NCBI GenBank assembly: GCA_965200025.1
Contig: OZ241325.1
Location: 1,742,000 to 1,805,999 of the forward strand
Direction: 5' to 3'
DNA from: Bdellovibrionales bacterium
GTDB taxonomy: Bacteria; Bdellovibrionota; Bdellovibrionia; Bdellovibrionales; UBA1609
Length of the DNA: 64,000 nucleotides
Positions 46,307-54,700 of this stretch are shown here, one piece after another. The position numbers and the translations under genes are program-made. Position 1 is the first letter of the stretch. The number at the start of each line of letters is the position of its first letter. A model generated the notes under the pieces. It had not been told where the DNA came from. It saw only the letters and a program-made list of their open reading frames with translations, and searched no databases.

Positions 46307-48442
46307 TTAGTTCCCGGGTGATAAGAATTTTTTTAAAAACTCCCCCCACTTCATCAGGGGGATTTTCAGTATGTGGGCGGCTTTTACCTTTTGAGATGGT
46401 GCCTTCCTTCTCCTCTGTTGGCCATTGTGTTCAGGGGCTTCCCCCTGAAGAACAAAGCTGGTTTTTTGTGTCACCGTGTTTTGCACTTTCCCCCCCCGCT
46501 TTGTGATCTCTTTTTTGATGTCTGATCTTTTTAAAGGCAAAGTTCCGGTGATAACAATATATTTTTGAAACAAAACCCCTTTTGTTTTGGGAGGTTTTTT
46601 TATCTGTATATCCACCCCGGCCTGAAGCAGGTCTTCTATTTCCTGTGTAAATTTTGGATTTTGAAAGCTCTTGTAAAAAGACTGGGCGGTAATGGTGCCA
46701 ATATCGGGCAGGGACTGAAGTTCCTCCACAGAGGCTTTTTTCATAAGTTTTAAAGGCACAGGCCACCCCTCTTTGAGCTTTGAGGAGGAGGATGCAAAAG
46801 CTTTTTTGATAAAGTAATCACTGAAAATTTGAGCAGTGCCTTCCCCCACATGTCTTAAGCCCAGGGCGAACAAAAACACATTTAAGGTGGTTTTTTTGCT
46901 TTTTTCAATATGAGATAAAATTTTAAGGCTGGATTTTTCGCCCTGTCTGGGCAACTGAAGCAGATCTTTTTTTGTGAGGTGGTAAAAATCTTTTGGACTT
47001 TGGACCATTTTGTTTTCATAAAGGCTAATCACCAGTTTTTCCCCAAGGGAGTCGATGTTCATGGCTTTTTTGGATACAAAATGAATGAGGGATCGGAGCA
47101 AGACCTCTTTACACAAAGGGTTGGGGCAAAACATCAAGTCCCCCTCTTTTTGAGTGGTACACTGACAGGCCGGGCAAAGTTTGGGAAATTTAAAGGGGGA
47201 GGTTTTTAAAAGGGTTCTTTTTGACACATTCACTTTTAGCACTTCAGGTATCACATCGCCGGCCCGGCCCACCACCACCTCATCCCCCAAGCGGATGTCT
47301 TTTTTTTTGATTTCAGACTGGTTGTGAAGACTGGCATGGGTAATTGTTACCCCTTTTACTCTTACGGGCCTAAGCTGTGCCACGGGGGTTAAAACTCCTG
47401 TTCTGCCCACCTGTATAACAATGTTTTCAATTCGTGTTGTGGCTTTTTCAGAGGGAAACTTGGCAGCCTTGGCCCACCGGGGGGCCCGGCCCACCACCCC
47501 CAGCTGCTTTTGACTGTGAAAATCATTCACTTTAATAACAAGGCCGTCTATTTCGAAGTCCAACTCCTCCCTGATGTTTTGAAGGATTTCAAAATACTCC
47601 AGGATCTCTTTGAGATGAGGGGTTTTTATAAGAGCTGCTGTTTTTGTTTTTTGCCGGCAGAGTTTTTTAAATTGTGACAGGCTCATAAAGGGCAGGGTGG
47701 GAATCTTTAGTGTTTTTATTGTGGTTAAAAAGTCACTTTGGTTTTTAAAGTTAAAATCACTGGCCGGGGAGTGGGCAAAAAATTTTAACGGCCGGGCAGA
47801 GGTGATTTTGGGGTTTAACTGCCTGAGGCTTCCCGCGGCGGCATTTCGGGGATTGGCAAAAGGGGGCTGGTTTTGTTTTTTTAGCAAAGTGTTGAGTTTT
47901 TGAAAATCGGTTTTCATCAGCACCACCTCCCCCCGGACCTCCAGCCGGGGAAGCGGGCTTAAGATTTGAAGGGGAAGAGCCGGAAGGGTTTTAATGTTTT
48001 CTGTAACATTTTCCCCTGTTTTTCCGTCCCCTCTGGTCAGGGCATGGCTGAAGTGGCCTTTTTTATACACCAGCTCCACCGCCACCCCGTCAAATTTGGG
48101 TTCTATAAAAAACTCCACCCTTAAGCTTTTTAAGGTTTTAAGGGTTTTGTGGTAAAAATCCTTAATTTCCCCTGTGTTGTAGGTGTTGCTTAAGGACAGC
48201 ATGGGATAAGTGTGTGGGAGCTTTTCAAAAAACGGCAGGCTTTCCCCCGGGACTCTGTTTGTGGGGGAGTGGGGGTGGGAAAACTCCGGGTATTTTTCCT
48301 CAAGGGTTTTGAGTTCTTTAAAAAGCAGATCATAATCATAATCGCTGATTTGGGGCTGGTCCAAAAGGTAGTAGGCCCGGTCATAAGCTTCGATTTGTTT
48401 TCTTAACCGGTGGATTTTCTTTTTTATACGGGTTTTGTTCAT
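46307..48442 (-). CDS. ligA: NAD-dependent DNA ligase
   Basis: Adenylation motif KFDGVAVEL, OB fold, Zn finger (CPACQC..CPNPLC), HhH repeats and C-terminal BRCT. 711 aa. Confidence 0.95.
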   Translation of the reverse strand: MNKTRIKKKIHRLRKQIEAYDRAYYLLDQPQISDYDYDLLFKELKTLEEKYPEFSHPHSPTNRVPGESLPFFEKLPHTYPMLSLSNTYNTGEIKDFYHKTLKTLKSLRVEFFIEPKFDGVAVELVYKKGHFSHALTRGDGKTGENVTENIKTLPALPLQILSPLPRLEVRGEVVLMKTDFQKLNTLLKKQNQPPFANPRNAAAGSLRQLNPKITSARPLKFFAHSPASDFNFKNQSDFLTTIKTLKIPTLPFMSLSQFKKLCRQKTKTAALIKTPHLKEILEYFEILQNIREELDFEIDGLVIKVNDFHSQKQLGVVGRAPRWAKAAKFPSEKATTRIENIVIQVGRTGVLTPVAQLRPVRVKGVTITHASLHNQSEIKKKDIRLGDEVVVGRAGDVIPEVLKVNVSKRTLLKTSPFKFPKLCPACQCTTQKEGDLMFCPNPLCKEVLLRSLIHFVSKKAMNIDSLGEKLVISLYENKMVQSPKDFYHLTKKDLLQLPRQGEKSSLKILSHIEKSKKTTLNVFLFALGLRHVGEGTAQIFSDYFIKKAFASSSSKLKEGWPVPLKLMKKASVEELQSLPDIGTITAQSFYKSFQNPKFTQEIEDLLQAGVDIQIKKPPKTKGVLFQKYIVITGTLPLKRSDIKKEITKRGGKVQNTVTQKTSFVLQGEAPEHNGQQRRRKAPSQKVKAAHILKIPLMKWGEFLKKFLSPGN

Positions 48443-48564
48443 TGTAAGGGCAGACCTTTGGTTAAAGGATTCACCACCAGGAATTTAGCATACCATGCCT
48501 TTTTACTCATCCTCTTTTTTTATGGGTGGGGGAAGGGGGGAGTATATATGTGGGCAAACAAAAA

Positions 48565-48615
48565 AGTGACTGAAATCCGGACATTTTTAAAGGAAAGTGC
48601 CGGATTTCAGTCACT
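48565..48615. repeat. Perfect 16-bp-stem palindromic element, copy 1
   Basis: agtgactgaaatccgg (48565-48580) and ccggatttcagtcact (48600-48615), flanked by an A-run and a T-run. A related sequence lies at 51668-51710. Confidence 0.8.
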
Positions 48616-48787
48616 TTTGATCTCAAAAACCCCATTTTAAGCCTTTTTTGCCTTTTTTTCTGCTGGTCCTGATTTTGCTAAAGACAGTTTATAAAAGAAG
48701 TTTTTTAAAAACCGGTATCTGCCGGCAAAAAGCTTTTTATACCCACTTCTTTTTATTTTAAACCTGAAAATGTAAAGGAAAACCCCC

Positions 48788-49942
48788 ATGAACAAAAACA
48801 ACACCTCCCACCAAAACTCTCATGCCCCTCACGATCTGTTTTTCAAAGACATCTTCTCTCAAAAACCCTTCGCCATCGAACTGCTGAAACTTATCCTCTC
48901 CGCAGAAGAGCAAAAGCTCTTTCATCTCCACACACTAAAAAATGAAAAAACCAGCTTTAAATCCCACAGAGCGGATCTCATCTTCTCTTTAAAACTGAAA
49001 TCCCCCACACCTTACCATACAGTTCCCCCTCATTTCCCACCACCTGTCTTCCCCTGTGAAAAAACAATCTCCTGTAAAACCCCACCAAAGACTTCTCTCC
49101 CATCAAAGCAAATTAAAACCCACTCCCGGGAAGATACCAAAAAAGCCCTCATTTTTTTTATTCTGGAGCATAAATCCCATAAAGACAAAACCTGCTTGTT
49201 TCAAATCCTCAAATACCAAACATTGCTCTACTCTCAGCTTCTGAAACAAAAAAATCCACTTGTACCTCTAATTCCCATTATCTTCTACCATGGTAAAGAA
49301 CCATGGCAAATAGGGAGCTTTCAGGATTTATTTCCAAAAAATGTTTTTTCCCCCTCTTTTGAAAGCTTTTTTGGAAATAATGTGTTAAACTTTTACCCCA
49401 GAATTTTAAATCTTAACACTTTTGGTGAAAAGAAGATGGAGAGGCTGAAAACACTCAAAAGTGGTATGGCTCTTTACTTACTGAAGAAAATCTGGTACTT
49501 TAAGTGGCCGGAAGATGGAAAAAGGATGCTGGAATGGGTGCAGGGTTTAAGTAATGAGGAGCAACACGATTTGTTGTTATTTGGAAGTGAGTACATAAAG
49601 GATGTGTGCAGGGTAAGTCAGGGGGAATTGGAAAAACTGGAGCTTGAAGCTTTAAAAACCGGTATTTTAAGAAAAGGAGGAAGTATGGGACTTTTGGAAT
49701 ATGTGAGGCAAAAAAAAGTCAGGGAAATCACCCAAACTGCCACCAGGGAGGGACTTCAAAAGGGTCTTCAACAAGGACTTGAAAAAGGACTTCAAAAAGG
49801 TCGCCAGGAAGCTCAGCAGGAGTTGATTTTGAATATGTTAAAGGCAAAGGCGGATTTGTCTTTTATTTCCCAGGTGACAGGTTTGTCAGAGCAGGAGCTT
49901 AAGAATCTTAAAAACGGCTCTCAAATAAGGGAAGGTCTTTAG
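48788..49942 (+). CDS. Rpn-family (YhgA/Transposase_31-like) recombination-promoting nuclease/putative transposase
   Basis: N-terminal HDLFFKDIFSQK. PD-(D/E)xK elements RADLIFSL and FILEHKS. C-terminal GLQKGLQQGLEKGLQKG repeats and LNMLKAKADLSFISQVTGLS. Confidence 0.8.
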   Translation: MNKNNTSHQNSHAPHDLFFKDIFSQKPFAIELLKLILSAEEQKLFHLHTLKNEKTSFKSHRADLIFSLKLKSPTPYHTVPPHFPPPVFPCEKTISCKTPPKTSLPSKQIKTHSREDTKKALIFFILEHKSHKDKTCLFQILKYQTLLYSQLLKQKNPLVPLIPIIFYHGKEPWQIGSFQDLFPKNVFSPSFESFFGNNVLNFYPRILNLNTFGEKKMERLKTLKSGMALYLLKKIWYFKWPEDGKRMLEWVQGLSNEEQHDLLLFGSEYIKDVCRVSQGELEKLELEALKTGILRKGGSMGLLEYVRQKKVREITQTATREGLQKGLQQGLEKGLQKGRQEAQQELILNMLKAKADLSFISQVTGLSEQELKNLKNGSQIREGL

Positions 49943-50060
49943 GAAAGTTGTCTAAAAACCCTTTGTGGGTATGAAAGGGGTAAAGACCAAAGTCCAAGTT
50001 TGATTTTGAGCTGGGGCAAAACCCTTAAAATTTTAAGAGAAAAAAGTAAAACTTAAGGGC

Positions 50061-51635
50061 ATGAAGCAGTTAATTTTTTTGGCTTCGGCATGCTGTGGCC
50101 TTTTTCTTTGGATCTTTTCCAGCTGTGGGGGGGCTTTTTTAAATACCAGCTCTTTTTTCTCCTCTCTTCCGGATGTGGAGGGGGGAAGCCGGAACATCCC
50201 CAACAACGAGTTTTTTTATATCAATATCTCTGATGCCACTTACCGGGGAAGGCACGGTTTTGATCTCCTGGATTATGAGATGTACGAAAGGGAAAACGGC
50301 CCGGGCTACGACTGTAAAATCTCCATAAACGAGGAGGCTTCCACGGAGGATATGTACTGTATGTTTGAAATTCTGGAGGGGGATTTGTTTTTTCATGAAT
50401 TGGATTTTGAATACAATGCCCCCCCGGGGATGTGTCATTATGTTTTTTTTCAAACACATTGGCATTATAATCAGGAATCCGGATATGGTCCCCGAAAGGT
50501 TTATGAGGAAAAATGTTACCCGGAAAATTCTGTTTCCAGGTACTGTGAAAAAGGCGAATCTGGAGGTTTATGTAGCGACTCAGGAAGATATGGAAGTTGC
50601 CAGGAAAACCAAAACACCCCCACAGGAACCAAGTATTGTGCCTCTTCAGTTTCTACCACTCCTGAAGAGTTGTGTACCCATAATAGATACAGTACTTGTC
50701 AGGACAGTACAGGCCAAAATCTTGTGAGTAGAGCATGTTATACCACCGATCAGCCAAAGTTAAATTCCATAAATTGTTACGAAGAGGAGGCCAGCAGGTA
50801 CTGTACAAGCAGGGTGGCAACTCAGGGGGAATGTGATGCCTCTGCGTACAATGGTTGTGAAGAGGAGGTGAATGATTTGTGCAAGTACATTCGCACAGAG
50901 GGTGAAAACTGTTGCCTGGGTGAGTACACTCAAATTAGCACCAGTGAGGATGGTTCCCCAACCACCACAGAGGGGTCCTGGGGGGGAAGTTTAACCCAAT
51001 GTATCGGGGGCCTGGGGCGTACCGCCTGGGAGAATTACACAGAAGATGGTCTTCCCCGGGTTCTTATCGTGGAGGCTTTGGACGGCTTAAGGGAACAATA
51101 CGAGATTCCCCCTCTGATTGATATTTCAGGGGGAAATACCAGAAGTGGTTTTGTTACCGCCAATTACTGGGAGGGGATAGAGGATCGAACAGATGAGCCG
51201 GAGTTTTATAAATCCTCCCCTAATCCACCACCAGCTCACCAACCGGTTCCCCGGGAGGGTTATCCTTACATTACTTTTGCCTGCAAAGATCAGGCTTACG
51301 AGGTGAAGCACCGTATTCATTTGGTTATCAGAGAGTGGAACTCTCAGGAGGAATTTAGGGATTTTAAAGACAGCCAGGGTTCCAGTGGAGACCCGGATGC
51401 TGCAGGAGAGGCCGGCAGTGATTGTGATTACTATGAGCAGGATGATGATTATGAACTGGAAGACAGATCATGCAATGATATTGTGGATGTGGATGACTGG
51501 ACCGGTGTGGCAGGCTCTGGGGGTTGCAGAATACTCAGCCTTTTGGGCCTGGGACAGCTGGAAAGCGAATGTAAAGACCAGGGCCTGGATAATATCACCA
51601 TTCCTGATCATCCCGAGCTGGAGTACTCACAATAA
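50061..51635 (+). CDS. Cys-rich, highly acidic secreted lipoprotein (hypothetical)
   Basis: Lipobox-like IFSSCGG. Many Cys spaced through a central region (..RYCEKGESGGLCSDSGRYGSC.., ..CYEEEASRYCTS..). Asp/Glu-rich C-terminus. Confidence 0.5.
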   Translation: MKQLIFLASACCGLFLWIFSSCGGAFLNTSSFFSSLPDVEGGSRNIPNNEFFYINISDATYRGRHGFDLLDYEMYERENGPGYDCKISINEEASTEDMYCMFEILEGDLFFHELDFEYNAPPGMCHYVFFQTHWHYNQESGYGPRKVYEEKCYPENSVSRYCEKGESGGLCSDSGRYGSCQENQNTPTGTKYCASSVSTTPEELCTHNRYSTCQDSTGQNLVSRACYTTDQPKLNSINCYEEEASRYCTSRVATQGECDASAYNGCEEEVNDLCKYIRTEGENCCLGEYTQISTSEDGSPTTTEGSWGGSLTQCIGGLGRTAWENYTEDGLPRVLIVEALDGLREQYEIPPLIDISGGNTRSGFVTANYWEGIEDRTDEPEFYKSSPNPPPAHQPVPREGYPYITFACKDQAYEVKHRIHLVIREWNSQEEFRDFKDSQGSSGDPDAAGEAGSDCDYYEQDDDYELEDRSCNDIVDVDDWTGVAGSGGCRILSLLGLGQLESECKDQGLDNITIPDHPELEYSQ

Positions 51636-51667
51636 GAGTTTTGGCTCCACCAGTGAGTGGGTGAAAA

Positions 51668-51710
51668 TGTCCGAAATCCGGCACTTCCCTCCAAAAATGT
51701 CCGGTCAGGT
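51668..51710. repeat. Palindromic element, copy 2 (opposite orientation, diverged)
   Basis: gtccgaaatccggcacttccctccaaaaatgtccggtcagg resembles the reverse complement of the 48565-48615 element (gaaatccggcactttcctttaaaaatgtccgg). Confidence 0.55.
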
Positions 51711-51728
51711 GCGAGCTGTTTTTTTGGC

Positions 51729-54700
51729 TTATTCATACACTTTCCACTTCCACCATTCTTTAATACCTTTAAGTATATCAGCCTGAAGAAGTGGCAACAA
51801 ACGGGTTTTTATTTTCACCAGGTGATTTAATTGTTGAGCTATATACTGCGGACTTTCCTGGCGACCTCTACACAACTGGTTGAGGACTTCTTTGGTAATT
51901 TCCCTTTTATGAAAGGGCAAAACAACCAATTCCTGGTAAAGCTCCCGTAAAAAATCCGCACTCACCCCAATGGCACCTGTTAAAGAGGAAGCAGAGCTTA
52001 AAAAAAACAAGCCTCTTTGAAACCTTATATCTGTTACCTGATATTCAGCCTCTTTTAACAAATGCATCAGTATCTGATGATCTATGGATATATAAGTCTG
52101 GTTGAGCTTAATCAATTCGGCCTTAAATTTTATGGATTGTTTTTTTTCCATAACAGCCTCTTTTTCGAAATAACAAATAAGATCCCAACACCTCATGCCT
52201 GGAGTGGAAAACTCACGGGCTGCAAAGCCTGCCCACACCCCATCTTCTGTCAGCAACACTTTATTTTTTTGCTGATGTAAAACAAATGCGGAGTTTAAAA
52301 ACTCCTCCCCCAAAAGTTTGGATAAGCGGAGTTTTTCTTTTCGACTCATTTCAAAATCCACAGGCAATACAGCCATTTGACAATGCTTTTGACACCAGTC
52401 TTTTATGCTGTTAAAAAACTCTGTATTTTGCCTGATATCTTCAGCAGGTATAAAATGACGCATCAATTTGCCCTTGTTGTCAAAGCCTGTACTTAACATG
52501 AGGTGAGGCTCCATCTTAAGTATCCACTGGTTTAGGGAATCCACAGTGCTTTGGCACACATAAAGAGGGAAAGTGCTGGAAGCCAAATAAGTTTCCATTT
52601 TTAACCAGTGCAGAGTTAATAAAGAGGATATATCCATAACTATACTTGGTGTATTTTTTAATTCTGGATGGTTATTGGTAGGACTTTGAGAGCCTGTCAT
52701 GGAGGAAAGCCATTTATGTTCTTTGGAATCAATAAGAGTGTTTATAATTTCAACAGGGTGCTGGCCAGTTACATGGGATACAAAACCTATCGTCACCTGT
52801 CCTCCCGTATAATACTTTAAGGCTTTATCAAAGTTCTCCTGCTGTTTTAAAGCATTTGGCATCATAGATTTCTGGATTTTTTCTATATCCTCTTTACTTG
52901 GATTTTCAGGAATGCTAAATTGCTTTAACTCTTTTTGTAAAGGGTCTTCCAGTTCCACATTTTTAAAAATCTGTTGAAACTTATACACATATTTGCTTTG
53001 GATGTCCACCACCTGGTATTGTTTGTCGTTCAAACTCACAATTGCTCCACGGTTTTTTCCCAAAAGTTTTTTTACCAGTGGATGCCCGGGGGTGTATATG
53101 TCTGCATCCTCTTCAATAATGATCTCTATAACATCGCCACTCAATGTCTCTTTGATTTTTACGAAAGTATCCAGCTTAACCTCTTTTTTTTGAAACAGGG
53201 GGTGGTTTTTTGTTTGAGGTTGAAAAAGAGTCATTAAGTTTGCATAAAGACTTTTTAAGCTTAAATCTTTGGGGTGAAGCTTTATCCCCTGGTACTGGGT
53301 TTTTAGGGATTTTTCAGTCATTCCTGTTTTCATATACGATATGGAAAGTTTATTGATTCTGTCCGGTGAAAGCTGATGAATGTCATAATCAGTGTTTGAA
53401 AGCAGTTTTTTGGCTTTATCCCACAGGTTGTTAAGCACATAAGTGTGAATTAAGTCCACCTGAACCGGAATGTCACCTGTGCGGCCAACAAAATCCTCAT
53501 ACTGTTTTATGGCTGATTTTCTGTCCCCCATCTCATTATAGGTGTGAAACAAAGTCTCAACAGGGTAGGATTCATTGGGAAAACTTTTACAAAGTTTTTG
53601 AGCCAGCTCTATGGTTTTTTTGTTTTTGCCATTTTCAAAATAAGTATGGAGAAGGTAACGAATGCCCGGGTGGTGGAGGTTTTGACCAATAATGTCCTCC
53701 CACAGTGCCTCACACAGATCATACATTTTGGCATAATGAAGTTCATTGGCCAAAAGTGGCTTGTCCATAAAGTGGGCTGTGTGTTTGTTATTTTGATAAA
53801 TATCCCATGCCTGTCTTAAGTACTGTTTTTGTTCTTTGAAATGCTCTTTGTGTTCTTCAATATGGGATTTAAAAATAAGGGTTTTTACACTTTCCCGGTC
53901 CTGTTCAAAAAAAGTGTTTAACTCTTTTTCAGCCCTTTCCATTTCTTTGTGGTCCAGTAAGACCCCCACCCATGCTCTTTTTATCTCCAACCGGTCTTTT
54001 TCTGAAATGGTTTTATCCTCCACTGTTTTGTTAAAAAATTGACAGGCTTTTTCAAAACCACAGGTTTGAAAATAAAGATGAAGAAGTGTGCATTTTATGT
54101 CTGTTGGTGGGTTTTTCAGTTTTTCAAAAACAGAAACAGCCTTTTTCCCGCCCCCTTTTTTAACATACATTCTGCCCAAGTCTTCTAAGTATGTATCACT
54201 TGGACATTTTTCAACAGCTTCTTCAAGCTGCTTTATGGCCTCTGTATGCTGCCCATTATAAAAAAGAGCCAGGGCATAATTGTTATACCACCGGGGACGA
54301 AAGCTTATTATCTCCTGATTTTTTCGATCCTTAAGCAGTTTTTTATATATGCTTATAATTTTTTCAATCTTTGGCTTTAATTCCCCTGGCACTCTGCTGG
54401 CTGTCAAAACACTCTCTTTTTTTAAAATGTTTTTTAAAGCCAAAGCTGCATAATCTGAAGCACTTTCTGTGTCATCTTGTGGCCGGTTTTTATCAAAAAT
54501 GTTAAGCCATTTTAAAAATTCTTTATTGCTGCCTTTTTGGTTGCTGATATCACACAAAACAAGAGCTAAACGGGGATTGTTTTTTAAATCATCTGGAATA
54601 TGCCGGACAATCCCGGTTAAAGGGGTTCCCTCATAATTTAAAATTTGTATCTCCAAAATATAAACAAACTCATTTTGAGGGTTGAGGGTTTTTGCTTTAT

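Noticed and set aside
48410-48640. 76-aa plus-strand ORF in the ligA/Rpn intergenic region.
   Set aside because: It overlaps the ligA start on the opposite strand and runs straight through the perfect 16-bp palindrome. The region is more plausibly non-coding.
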